Source: Octopus bimaculoides
Lineage: Eukaryota
Assembly: GCF_001194135.2 (NCBI RefSeq)
Contig: NC_068983.1
Span: 112,984,428-113,048,427, forward strand
Length of the DNA: 64,000 nucleotides
Reading direction: 5' to 3'
A program made the translations under genes and the position numbers. The notes under the pieces are model-generated. The model was not told where the DNA came from, did not search any database, and saw nothing but the letters and a program-made list of their open reading frames with translations. Of the stretch, positions 51,000 to 64,000 are shown in pieces. Position 1 is the first letter of the stretch. Each line of letters starts with the position of its first letter.

Positions 51000-51700
51000 C
51001 CTAGAAATCACATAGTAAATTAGCATTGATTTCATAAACGGAGACTTTGTGGGCGTGCTTTTGAAGGACCAACAATAAAAAAAAACACAAGTTCACCAAC
51101 ACAGTGATAATGGACGCAACACCCAATAAAATTATCAATACTACACATATCGTTACTCCAAGAAGCAAAATTACCCTGGTTAAAAATTGGATCATCACAT
51201 AATTAAAATCTTCATAAAAGACAACACACCATGTATCCTACCTAACTACACACTAACAACTAGAATATATCACAAAAATACCAAAATGAAAAAACCTTGG
51301 CATTAACAATCGCAACCCAACTAACCACATTATTTCAAATTGTCCTATGAAAAATACGGAAAGAGTAAATTTTATTAATCAAATTGCTGCATTGAGTATA
51401 CAAGCACAACACACTCCCGTTATTGGACCTGGCAGTTACGAAAGGATATATAGCAATTCATTGCAATGCAGTACATGCAATAAAAATAGATGTAAAAACA
51501 ACAGCAAACATTATTACAATTCTATATAGAATTTCACAAAATATTAAGTGAGTATGTATGTAGGCTTTACTAATCTATAAGCGAAACATCAACATACAGA
51601 TACAATATACTTGAAATTATCTACGAAAACTACCGGACATAACCATTAAATCCATTTTAAATTCGGCATTTGAATGAATAGAAAAAAAAAAGCCACCTAC
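51000..51700 (+). mobile_element. Possible decayed Penelope-like GIY-YIG remnant
   Basis: Fragmentary LQCSTCNK and SMYVGFT motifs in an A/C-rich coding-like tract with many stops. Confidence 0.25.
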
Positions 51701-52349
51701 AGTTCTATGTTCCTTTACGAAAGTGCCATTCAACAATCTTCATTTTGGAGATGGTGAAATGTTAATGGTGAAATGTTAATGGATTTAAGTATGCAAATGT
51801 TCAGAGATCTTTCTCTTATACCTGTCAGGAAGAATTGTCACTAACGCTTGTAATGTCTTTTTCTCAGAATTTCAATTCAGTGACTATTATTTTGGGCTCA
51901 CCACATTGAATATTTTACTTAACATCTAAGTATATCTTCTTGTGCAGAAGTCACCACTGGGAGTCTTTCTAGTGAAATAAATATAACTATTTTGCTATTT
52001 TTCTCTAACACTCACATGATCTCTTTTTCTTTTCGTCTACATTATACCTCTAAGTGCATGTTATGCAAACATTTCTATATGTATACATAGCACATGTGCA
52101 TACATCTCTGGGGAAAAAAAGATATATATACACTTGTACCATCCGGTGATGACTAAAAATATCAATGAAGTTAAGGAGAACATGATATTCCTCAAGGATC
52201 TGTAAGATTTTAGAAAAACGTTAATGGGTTATTACTGTAGCATTCATACCTTTCTTCAAAAGTGCATTTGCTTTAGAAACTTAAAACACGATGTATTTCT
52301 TTTTACCTGCTAACATTGGGTTACATACATTCAAGCAAGGTATTAATCC

Positions 52350-52853
52350 AGTTAATCTCATCAGCCGAAAAGTGTTTGTAATGTTTACGGACACCTCCTC
52401 ATCCTTTAACAAATTAGAATTAGAATTATGTTCATTAGACAGTGATTTAGCGTCAGACGGTCGAGGTCTTACAATGTTCATTTTTAAACTTCTAAGAAAT
52501 TATGCTTTTATTCTAAATCACAAAACCATATTTTGTTGCGGAAGGATTACGAAGTGACTGGCTCCGAAGGTCCATCTGCCCTCAGTATTGACTCTGGATA
52601 TGCACATGCACATATAGCTCTAGGCAAGATTATTTCTTTGCAGAAGACTGACAACTTCCTTTGTGTGCGATCCTTTCATTTCCAGACCATCAATGTTTCG
52701 AGAGAGCTTGACACTCGTGTCATAATAGGTGCTGCTGTTAGAACGCAGTGAATCACAAGTCATCTTGCCCGACACACTAACAGTTCGATTAATCCATCGC
52801 CCTTTTCTTTTATTGAACTCGAAATGATGAAATGTAAAATTGACTTGACGCAA
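52350..52853 (-). mobile_element. Decayed L1/Tx1-like endonuclease C-terminus and linker
   Basis: Reading through stops gives ...LLQRNNLA.SYMCMCISRVN...GASHFVIL...NSNLLKDEEVSVNI. The last part resembles the Tx1 NxSLLKDExF motif. Confidence 0.35.
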
Positions 52854-53834
52854 ATTTGAACTCGGAACGGAAGGATTCGGAATTTACCAATTCATCAGCA
52901 TAACTGAATTACTTTTCATTTGAATAATACATTAACATTATTTTATTATATTATCAGCATTTAGATTATGAGATGCCAATTTGGCTCCGATAGCATTCGA
53001 AAAATTAACACCTGAAATATCGTATTCGATTATGTAAAGCATCAAAAGCATTTCACCTTATCTCAAAATGTTTATCTTTACCATCATTATGTTTCAAAAT
53101 AACAATTACACACTATTGACTTCGGGTTGAGATACAAGGCTACAGATTTATAGACGAAGGATGTCAGACATTGTGACGTCCTTCTTTGTCTAATTCTCAT
53201 ATTAGCAGTGTAAGTGGCGTAAAAGAAAACCTGTGAGGAATCTGAAAAGCAGATTTATTAATTATATTGCGGCTGAAGGCAATTCAATGACGAGACAATG
53301 TTATCAGGATTGTTTTCGAACCATTCATCTATCACTACCTTCAGAACGTTAGTACTGAGATCTAATCATTGTCTTTCAAATATTTATTAATCTGCAAATG
53401 TCAAGTGAAGTGTGTTCCATTACCGCTTGAGTCATCTTGTAAAAATCTTGAAGATTTAATATTTATGCAGTGTATCCAGAGAAAGTTAACCTGGTCAAGT
53501 CCGTTCTTCTCCAGTCCCCACTAGGAAGATAAATGTAAGTACGTACTGTAAGGTAACAAATCACTGGACATTACAGTGTTCTCACAGGTTTCGGTAGTAA
53601 GACGTATCTAGATAATGATGTCTATAGACAACTTGGTGTATTAGATCATTTGGAAATCAAAAGTTTTAAGTATGGACAGCGATTCCATTGCGCAGGATAG
53701 AACTACATTCTACATTACACTCCAGTAAGTTTACGTTACGATAAAAAGTTCCAAGATAACATTGCATAGATTAAGTATCAAAGATTTAAAGAGAGATATA
53801 AAGTGAATATATGTCATCAATCTTAGAAAATACA

Positions 53835-55047
53835 TTATCATTGTTGTTGTCGATGTTGTTGCTGTTCAATATTTGGAAGTTTGAGGCAAATTTCTACTGC
53901 ATTATCTGCTACATCTCCGTGTTTCTGAGCTGTGTACCGCATTGTGTTCTTTTCTATTGTTGGGAGTGTGTGAACTCTTCCCGGTATTGTATTGCGTCAG
54001 TATTTTTTTCTCTTGAGCTGTGGTGCAGTCTTTTGTTGCATAACTGTTTGTATTGTGTTGGTTATCTGGATTGCTGGTGAAAGAATAATTGCTGTATAGA
54101 CTGTCTTGTGTTTGTGGGTCGCTTTGTTTAGGTTGTATTATTGAATTGAAAGTGCCTTGCGTAGTTATGGGCTGTTTCTAGCAGGGCTATTTTTGGGATA
54201 GTGTGTGGTATTGAGGATTTAGTTATAGCTTCTACATTTTTGTTCATATGTTTTATTATCATGCCGAGTGCATCAATTCTTTTTAGTATTGTTTTCACAT
54301 TCATCGTTTTATCATGATCCGTTGCTGTTCTAGTTTTAGTTTGGATTTAATTTATTTTACAGCTTTTGTTGTTTCTTCTTTTTCTTCATAGTTGTTAGGT
54401 GGTATGACTTCTTGTTTGTATTTGTCAGCTTCCTTAAAAACTGAAAACAGTTTTTGTTTTGCCCGTGTTTTGTGGCTATTTGTATTAGTTTTCCTTGCTT
54501 CTGAAGTAGGTATTTTTGCAGTCCTATGGTGGTTATTTTGTAATGGTTTGCTAGCTGTATAAGGCCTCTACCACCTTCTATACGTTGTATGTTAACTTTT
54601 CTGTCACATTTTAGGTGGTGCATCCTAAATCCCGTCATTAGTTTTCTTGTTTTCCTTTCTGTTTTGATTAGTTCATTTAGTGTCCTGTTAAGGATATTGT
54701 AGCTGTAACTTATAACTGGAACGGCTAAAGTGTTGATGCTTATTATCTTGTTTTTCGCATTGAGCTCTGTTTTCAGTATTAATCTAACTCGTCTATAGTA
54801 TTCTTTTTTTTATTTTCTCTTTCATTCGTGTGTGTTGTATCGTATCCAATTCATTGATTCCTAAATATTTGTACGCCTGGGTTTGGTCTAATTCTCTTAT
54901 TTCATTTGCTTTATCTAGTGTGATGTTGCTATTCTTAACTAGTTTTCCACTTTTCAAGGTTGCCTTAGCACATATTTCTAAGCCAAATTTCATGTTTATT
55001 TCTTTGGTAAATCCAAGTATTCTCTGTAGCAATGTTTCCAGTTGTTC
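53835..55047 (-). mobile_element. RLE-type (R4/Dong-like) LINE 3' part with an internal deletion; the 5' side runs into an N gap
   Basis: FGLEICAKATLKSGK...YKYLGINE...LILKTELNAKNKIISINTLAVPVISYSY...RKTRKLMTGFRMHHLKCD...GGRGL, then IDALGMIIK...IPKIALLETAH, a 3' UTR and an AAC/AAT-type tail. Confidence 0.85.
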
Positions 55048-56279
55048 NNNNNNNNNNNNNNNNNNNNNNNNNNNNNNNNNNNNNNNNNNNNNNNNNNNNN
55101 NNNNNNNNNNNNNNNNNNNNNNNNNNNNNNNNNNNNNNNNNNNNNNNNNNNNNNNNNNNNNNNNNNNNNNNNNNNNNNNNNNNNNNNNNNNNNNNNNNNN
55201 NNNNNNNNNNNNNNNNNNNNNNNNNNNNNNNNNNNNNNNNNNNNNNNNNNNNNNNNNNNNNNNNNNNNNNNNNNNNNNNNNNNNNNNNNNNNNNNNNNNN
55301 NNNNNNNNNNNNNNNNNNNNNNNNNNNNNNNNNNNNNNNNNNNNNNNNNNNNNNNNNNNNNNNNNNNNNNNNNNNNNNNNNNNNNNNNNNNNNNNNNNNN
55401 NNNNNNNNNNNNNNNNNNNNNNNNNNNNNNNNNNNNNNNNNNNNNNNNNNNNNNNNNNNNNNNNNNNNNNNNNNNNNNNNNNNNNNNNNNNNNNNNNNNN
55501 NNNNNNNNNNNNNNNNNNNNNNNNNNNNNNNNNNNNNNNNNNNNNNNNNNNNNNNNNNNNNNNNNNNNNNNNNNNNNNNNNNNNNNNNNNNNNNNNNNNN
55601 NNNNNNNNNNNNNNNNNNNNNNNNNNNNNNNNNNNNNNNNNNNNNNNNNNNNNNNNNNNNNNNNNNNNNNNNNNNNNNNNNNNNNNNNNNNNNNNNNNNN
55701 NNNNNNNNNNNNNNNNNNNNNNNNNNNNNNNNNNNNNNNNNNNNNNNNNNNNNNNNNNNNNNNNNNNNNNNNNNNNNNNNNNNNNNNNNNNNNNNNNNNN
55801 NNNNNNNNNNNNNNNNNNNNNNNNNNNNNNNNNNNNNNNNNNNNNNNNNNNNNNNNNNNNNNNNNNNNNNNNNNNNNNNNNNNNNNNNNNNNNNNNNNNN
55901 NNNNNNNNNNNNNNNNNNNNNNNNNNNNNNNNNNNNNNNNNNNNNNNNNNNNNNNNNNNNNNNNNNNNNNNNNNNNNNNNNNNNNNNNNNNNNNNNNNNN
56001 NNNGAGTCACAAGATAATACCCCATGAATATGATAGAGAAATAATATTCATCTCTATTTTTCTCAATGTCGTTGGCAGTTGTATTTCATCTCAGACAACG
56101 AATACAAAGGCTGTTATATGTTTTCAAGTGCTAAAATATAGTACTTTAAGTACCGAAGTATAATATTTATCCAACAGTTTCACAGCAGGTACTAATCTTC
56201 TTTGACAGAGAAGAAATATGATGCTGTAATAGGTTAACAGGAAATACGCATTACATTTCGATAATTCTTATATTGGCAA

Positions 56280-56489
56280 GGGGGCGAGCTGGCAGGATTT
56301 TTAATACGCCAAGCAATATGCTTAGCGGCACTTCGTCCATTTTTACATTCTGAATTCAAATTCCACTGTGGTCGACTTTACATTCCATCCTTTCAAAGTC
56401 GATAAAATAAGTACCATTTGGTCATTGGGATCGATGTAATCGATTTAGCACCTACCCAGAAATTACTGGCCTATGCCAAAATTTGAAAA
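56280..56489 (+). mobile_element. tRNA-derived SINE, family B
   Basis: GGCGAGCTGGCAGG...ATTCTGAATTCAAATTCCAC...GTCGATAAAATAAGTACC...CCAAAATTTGAAA. Confidence 0.8.
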
Positions 56490-58471
56490 CAATATTTCTT
56501 ATATTGGTAGACACATGGTCCAAAAGTTATCAATTATGTCCCCTTTTGGAGCCCTTTATCAACAGCGCCACCACTCCATGTTCACAGAGTTGTGAACTTT
56601 TTCGTTCTGTTGCAGTTTGCTATAAACGTCTCTCAAAAGGTGACTAAATAAGTATGGCATTTATTTCTATCCCTGACGTACTGTAATGATCAAACTTCTA
56701 AAAGAAAAAGTTAATCTAAACCGGATAACGTCTGCCACGTGCATCTACTCACTCTCTCTCTTGTATTTTCGCATCTCACGACTTCCACCGAAAGTTGTTA
56801 CAGACTGCAGAGGTAAACACTAAATTTGTCACTGCCAACAAATCTAACACCTGACAACACATTGACAAAGTGCTGGTAGAAATCAGCACACATATGCTTG
56901 GAACCCACTAGCACCCATTCGAGCCGATATGTCAAAAACCGAATTGTAGATGTGTTACGTCGTGCCTTCGCAACTCAGGCCAATCGGACGGCTTTTGTAC
57001 CCTCGTATTTTAGGTATGTTCCTTAGCTCTAAAAAAAAAAAGCAGACTTCGTGCTTTGCATTGAAGAAATGATGAATTCCATTCTGGTCCCTGTCATATT
57101 TCTCATGATACCTTAAACTTGCTTACTAACTCATCTCCGAATCTTGCCTCTCTATTGCTCATCCTTTGCTCGGCCTGCCACCAAAATACTGACGACTGCT
57201 CCTGCCAACTGCTGTTTCACCAGCTCTTAACTCTGGTCCCTGTAGTTTTGTGCACCTAGAAAACTGCGTTCAGTTTTCACTTGTACGGTGCCTCTTTACG
57301 AGTCCAATCTAAATTAGACGTGCATGTCACGAATTTGTTGTTTTGTAATTAACCAGTTTAGTTGTAGACACTCTTCGCTATCACTATCTACTTTCTTACC
57401 CACCGTGTTAGCTTCATGCCCACACTGTCCCTTTCAAGCAATCCAATCACTATCGAATTAGATAGTTTCAAAAGTCTGGGCAGCTTTGCAAGACTGATAC
57501 ATCTCTTTCCGCATCGGAAATAACAGATTGTACTTAAAAGGCAAATCTCCTGCTAGTTCTAAAATAAATGAATATGACATTTCTAGAGGAGCTTCTGGAC
57601 GCCTAAATACGTTCAGTCAATTTACGCCAGCCGGATGAAAAACAGCTACTAGTCTCAATGTAATGACTTCGCTGCAAGTAAATACAACACATATCCAGAA
57701 AAACTGCGTGTGTCGATGCCTAAGGCTTTCATAATTTCGCTTATTCATTTCTTAGTTGCCAGAAATGAACCCACTACGCGCGCAAAGGTGATAATTAAAC
57801 TAAAGCATTGCTACTCTAAAAGACTATTATCAACCTTGAACATCTGTGTTGTCCTTGGATACTTCTGAGCATCTTCTGTCGCACTAAACCAACATCTTCA
57901 CCTTCAACAATTTTGTTAACCTTGAACAGTCGCGTTATCTTTGTCTTTTCCTCTTCTCCATGCTGTATTCAATTGTTGAATTCTTGTTTGAAGACGGGAA
58001 GCATTTGATACATTTCTCCAATGATGAGCAATAATAAATAATCATAATCGTAATACTACTACTAATAATAATATCTGAAAATTGATAATTGTTTCTAACG
58101 TAATAAGAGCAATAACATACAGTACCATTAAATGTAAATACACTACAAGCGTAATGCGTTGCATAACTGTACGTAAAACACGTATAAAATATATATAGAA
58201 AATTTAATAATTGGGAATATTAAATGTCTACGTCTAGTTATCGATCTAGTCGATAATATTCAGCTCGTTACCTGTAAGTCACGTTGTAGTCTACATCCTA
58301 CTTAAAACTCAATACATTTATACTGCTGCAGAAACGGCTAAACAGGACAGCTTTATTTCATGTTGTTATACAAGTTAACAACACTTATTTGAAAACGTTA
58401 CTTCGGAAGTTAGAAACTTCAGCTTCAGTGAATATCACACATGCAGTGAGAGCCAGTGAGAATCTCTCTCC

Positions 58472-58477
<6 letters not shown>

Positions 58478-58553
<76 letters not shown>

Positions 58554-58739
58554 NNNNNNNNNNNNNNNNNNNNNNNNNNNNNNNNNNNNNNNNNNNNNNN
58601 NNNNNNNNNNNNNNNNNNNNNNNNNNNNNNNNNNNNNNNNNNNNNNNNNNNNNNNNNNNNNNNNNNNNNNNNNNNNNNNNNNNNNNNNNNNNNNNNNNNN
58701 NNNNNNNNNNNNNNNNNNNNNNNNNNNNNNNNNNNTATG

Positions 58740-58788
<49 letters not shown>

Positions 58789-58945
58789 GTATATATATAT
58801 ATGTATATATATATATATGTATATATATATATGTATATATATATATGTATATATATATATGTATATATCTATGTATATATATATGTATATATATACATAT
58901 ATATATACATATATATATGTATATATATGTATATATATATATATA
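58478..58945. repeat. Compound (TC)n-(TA)n-[gap]-(TATATG)n microsatellite
   Basis: Directly visible; source of the ORFs at 58385-59279. Confidence 0.9.
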
Positions 58946-61900
58946 TCCCTCTCTCCCCCTTTCTTTCTTTCTCTGTCTCTGCTTCCACGTGCACGGACAC
59001 AAAGAGACGCATGCTTGGGCATATACGCACATGAACACGCAAAAATGCACGGGCATTCATACAAGAAAAGCATACATACTCATATATACAACTTCACTCA
59101 TGTATACATTCATATCTATACACGCATCAAAATATATACGTGTATCTCTCACTCTCACTATCTCTCTTTTTCTTTCTCCCCCTTCTCTCTCTCACTCTCT
59201 TTCTACATATATATATGTGTATGTATGTATGTATGTGTATATATATATATGCATAAAAAGAAAATTTAATACGAAATGATGGGTCGAATAGGATTTATTA
59301 CTAATCAATATATGCATGTGTTTGTGTATGTGTTTACACGTTCGTATTTATGTATTTATATATATATATATATATATATNNNNNNNNNNNNNNNNNNNNN
59401 NNNNNNNNNNNNNNNNNNNNNNNNNNNNNNNNNNNNNNNNNNNNNNNNNNNNNNNNNNNNNNNNNNNNNNNNNNNNNNNNNNNNNNNNNNNNNNNNNNNN
59501 NNNNNNNNNNNNNNNNNNNNNNNNNNNNNNNNNNNNNNNNNNNNNNNNNNNNNNNNNNNNNNNNNNNNNNNNNNNNNNNNNNNNNNNNNNNNNNNNNNNN
59601 NNNNNNNNNNNNNNNNNNNNNNNNNNNNNNNNNNNNNNNNNNNNNNNNNNNNNNNNNNNNNNNNNNNNNNNNNNNNNNNNNNNNNNNNNNNNNNNNNNNN
59701 NNNNNNNNNNNNNAAAAAAAAAAGAAAGACTATAAAAATTTCATACATTAAGGTTATCGAAGGGAAAAAGCATTTTATAAAATTATTTATTTAAAGTTAA
59801 CAATATTTTGAAATGAAATCACAGATGGCAGATTGCTGGTCAACTTTGTCTCCAAATACAGCGCTGGGCTACTCTTCGCTGCGTCTATATTCATTTCACT
59901 TGTTATTTGTGATGTTGCATTTTACACTTTGAACCAGCTCAGTCATAATATCTCTATCTATACTGTTTTAATATCCTCTGTGTTCTTCCATTCACCATTT
60001 ACCTACTCTTGTCTCTTTCTACTGTCCCAAAACATATCAACCACGGTTCCTCATCCTACTTAATTTTTCCGCTCAATGAATCTCTTCATCAATTCACCCT
60101 CACGGGTTCCAATCGTTATTTATATCTAAAATGATTTGATTTCAAGGCCGTACTAAATTATATTTACACTTAATAGAATAGCAAGTTATTATCTTTATTA
60201 TTAAGTTAGAAACAATTATTAATTTTTAGACATTATGTGCCTCCATATATAATTTGTGCAGTTGTTCCATAGCTATTGTCTAGTACGACGAAACATTTAG
60301 GTTATTGTCTACTTTTTCGTTTAGACTTGTAATGTACTTTTCCCAGCGTCAGTTCATTGTTTAATCATAAGATTCGCTATATATCTGTATATCCCAGACT
60401 CTCGCTTTATACATTTCTAGGCGTTTTCATAACTTGTAAAATCATCATTGCGTATTCTTTACTTTGTTCCCTTCTGTATTTTATCCGTTACCAACACCTT
60501 ATGCACGTTTATTTTTTTTTAATATTTTTTGATCGATTGTCGAGAGCACATGTCAATTACATCTGTACTATTGCACCAGCCATTGAAATGAACAGGTGAA
60601 ATTATGATGAATTCTAGTTGATAACTCATGAAGGAGACACATTTGGGAAAAAATTTCGTTTGTACTCTCTTTTTGATTTCCTTCTAAATTTCTCCGTACT
60701 CCTGTACCACATTACAAGCATATATGTATATACATACATACATACATACGTACATACATAAATGCATACATACATACATGCACACACACATATATATATA
60801 TGTGTGTGTATCTATGTATATATATATATATATATANNNNNNNNNNNNNNNNNNNNNNNNNNNNNNNNNNNNNNNNNNNNNNNNNNNNNNNNNNNNNNNN
60901 NNNNNNNNNNNNNNNNNNNNNNNNNNNNNNNNNNNNNNNNNNNNNNNNNNNNNNNNNNNNNNNNNNNNNNNNNNNNNNNNNNNNNNNNNNNNNNNNNNNN
61001 NNNNNNNNNNNNNNNNNNNNNNNNNNNNNNNNNNNNNNNNNNNNNNNNNNNNNNNNNNNNNNNNNNNNNNNNNNNNNNNCACACACATATATATATATGC
61101 TTGTGATGTAGCACAGACATACAATGAAATTTAGAGGGAAAACGAAAAGCAGTACAAACGGAAGTAATGGTCGTAGACACTTCAGCATGGTTGTTCTATT
61201 TGAGTGGAAGTTACTACGATTTTTTAACCCCAAGAGGACATCTCCTCTAGCTGGTTAACGATGCACAGCTACAACCGATATATTGCAGGCAGGGGAACGA
61301 ACACCTACTATCTCCTAGCGATGGGACCAGCATATCAGTCTAGTTTCGGGCTATCTCCACCTCTCTTCAGTACTGGAACCTTGTCTGCTAAATATGGCAG
61401 TAGCCTCTGTTTGCAATATATATATAAACTCTAGGGACACACAGTTACTGAATTTGCTGCAAGCTAAAGAGCTAGTTCTAAAATCTCTCTAAGAGAAGAT
61501 TCCAGTAGTTGTACTAGTTAGTAATAGTTCGTTCCCCTGCAAGTACAACTACTGTGATCAACTAGCATTAATCATAATTTCGCCTGTTCATTTCAACGGT
61601 CGGTGTTTCTGTAATGAGATGTAGTGGACTTCATCGGAGTCTCAAACGCACGCACACACACACACACACACATTGTATCAGTGTCATGTCTTTGGTATTT
61701 TAGAAATTACTCATCTAATACAGCCAAACTACAATTTTAACACTAACACTGACTTTTGTTGAGCCTTTTATGACACTCTCACTTCGATGGACACGGTTTG
61801 TTTGTTGATCCAAATAGTATATTTTTATTCTTATTCCACATGGTGTTATCATTGAAAATGATAGAGAATAAATCTTTTAGATTGTAATATAATATTAATG

Positions 61901-61974
61901 CAAGTGGTCTTAGAAAAGAGACTCATTTAGTATGGCTTAGTGCAGCTGTAAAAATCTGTTTAGTGATCGTAGAT

Positions 61975-62271
61975 CAGGCGTTTTCAAACTATAGTCCGCG
62001 GACTACAGGGGGTCCGCAAGGACAAGACAGGGGGTCCGTGGACAGCAAATACTTTTTATGGGCAATTTAATTTTATACATGTTTTTTAATCGAAATCTTT
62101 TAATTGACAATAAACCTATTTGTTAAATACTGTTAAATAAATAAATGTAAACATATGTGCTATTTTAAGCAAATAATTATGTATAAATTTTATAAGCGTT
62201 TATAAGGGGGTCCATAAGGTAAAGCCTGAAATATAAAGGGGTCCGCAAGTCAAAAAGTTTGAAAACCCCTG
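61975..62271. mobile_element. hAT-family MITE with a perfect 8-bp target-site duplication
   Basis: TIRs CAGGCGTTTTCAAACT and AGTTTGAAAACCCCTG; TCGTAGAT at both 61967-61974 and 62272-62279; internal GGGGTCCGC repeats. Confidence 0.9.
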
Positions 62272-62313
62272 TCGTAGATAATAATTTGCATCAACTTGCA
62301 AGAAATAGCATTA

Positions 62314-62535
62314 CAGCAATCCCTCGATTTTCGCGGGTGTTACGTTCCGAAACCCCACGCGATAGGTGAAAATCTGTGAAGTAGAAACATTACTGCACAG
62401 TATATCTTTTTTATCCTTTTTATAATTTGTATATATTTATTTTATCATAAATACAAAACAACACCACAGAGGAATCGAAGTATGCTTAAATCATAAACTG
62501 CGATAGGTGAATCGCGATATGGCGAGGTATTACTG
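62314..62535. mobile_element. pogo/Tigger-like MITE with a TA target site
   Basis: TA|CAGCAATCCCTCGATTTTCGCG at the left end and CGCGATATGGCGAGGTATTACTG|TA at the right end form imperfect TIRs. Confidence 0.8.
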
Positions 62536-62817
62536 TACTTTATCTTGGATAGTATTAAACGTTTGTAGCTGATTTACACGATAGAATTAAAAAAGGATTT
62601 AGAATGCAATATATATCTTAATATTAATACCGGTATCTGTTGTGGATTGATTAATAGCCGATTTATGATCTTTAATTGTGAAGAAAAATTATTGCATTTC
62701 AGTTTTATCCTCCTTGTCTAGTTGTGTAACAGCATTTTTAGCAGTGTTATTTATATCATTATATCATTTTAGAGTGCGTTGTTTGTTTTGTGTATGTGTC
62801 GTGTGTGCATATATGTG

Positions 62818-62936
<119 letters not shown>

Positions 62937-64000
62937 GCACGCATATATTATCAAATTGAATTGCAATGAGATTTGAAATAAGTTTTTTCATCTCACTAAG
63001 ATTTTGAATGTATTGTCAGATTTTAGCATTTAATCTTGTTCCAAAGTTCCTTTTAAAAAAGATGGATATTCCTTCTGGATAATAAATCATCTTCCGAAAA
63101 TTGTAATAAATTATTTGAGGAAAATATTTTTACATTTTGAACCGCTTATGGTTTTCGTGTTTTCTCAACTTTTTTTTCCGTATAAGTAAATTTTCCAGCC
63201 TATGAATTTTATAAAATTTTCTACACTAAGCTTCTTTTTTTTGTAGACTTTATTTGAAAATATAGAAATTGTTTTGATAGATAAGCGTATATGTTGCATT
63301 TTTAAGTAATAATCATTTTGTCTATGACGTCGGAAAATTTGATATTTTACTTATATTTTGTTTTCGATGTATTTGATTCTTTTATCATGCACTATGATAT
63401 TTTAATAATGAATTATAGTTTAGAAAGGGACATATCAATTTAAATAATATTTGTAATTGCCAATATTGTTTAAAGAGACACCTGAGTTATTTAGCTTTTG
63501 TTCACATAATCAAAATTATAATTTATTTGAATGTATAATTGAGAGGTATAATTATATAAGATGAAAACATCCATGTTGTCTCTGACGCTGGTTTTATATA
63601 ATTAGGTAACATTTGAGTATCTCTCTGTTTCCAACTCTCTCTTACTGTCGGTCTGTCTGTCTGTCGTTCTGTCTCTATTTCTACACACACACACGCACAC
63701 ACACACACATATAAATGACATACAATTCCAAATTTTGGGCTTAGTCACCTGCATTAGTCTGATGAAGACGAATAAGCACAAACTGTAAAGCTTTTCCTTG
63801 GAAGGGTTAATATGTACTCTTAAAAGAGGTATTGAATAAACCTTCAGTTCAAAGCTAATTTGTTTTATACAACTTAACAGAGAAGTGGTTGTGTGTTAAG
63901 AAATTTGCTTTCCAATTACAGGGTTGTGGGTTCAGACCTTCTGCGACGCACCTTGGACGAACGTCTTCTACTACTGAAGGAAGACCGTCGTATGTGTATA

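Noticed and set aside
52620-52853. PDZ-like stretch IDGLEMKGSHTKEVVSLLQ
   Set aside because: No good splice sites, and the surrounding frame reads through stops into a Tx1-like NSNLLKDEE motif, so a LINE fossil is the better explanation.
56993-57021. Plus-strand AG|GTATGT recursive-splice-like site
   Set aside because: A single site with a weaker donor and tract, easily expected by chance.
63750-63795. CTGATGAAGACGAATAAGCACAAAC hammerhead-like string
   Set aside because: GAAA and the 3' arm of stem II would need three substitutions, and stem I is absent.

Overview
AT-rich eukaryotic DNA dense in microsatellites, with many N gaps. The repeat repertoire suggests a cephalopod (Octopus-like) genome; this is an inference from memory of the repeats. 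No complete, recognisable protein-coding gene is present. Nearly all ORFs in the track are microsatellite or gap artefacts, or decayed transposon coding sequence. The window is a transposon graveyard: a Penelope-like element (RT thumb plus GIY-YIG), two RTE fragments, R4/Dong-like RLE-type LINE pieces, very decayed L1/Tx1-like remnants, two Tc1/mariner ends, a hAT MITE with a perfect 8-bp TSD, a pogo/Tigger-like MITE, a probable Helitron 3' end and many tRNA-derived SINEs. The most interesting signal is a set of type-I hammerhead-ribozyme-like motifs with very short, (near-)palindromic stem III. One at 7785-7830 has an intact catalytic core; a variant at 40757-40792 and remnants at 6262-6304 and 61335-61376 accompany it. 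There are also isolated exon-like segments with strong splice sites, two possible recursive splice sites and an RFX X-box. All of these are candidates only. Protein and repeat family matches were made by eye, not by database search.
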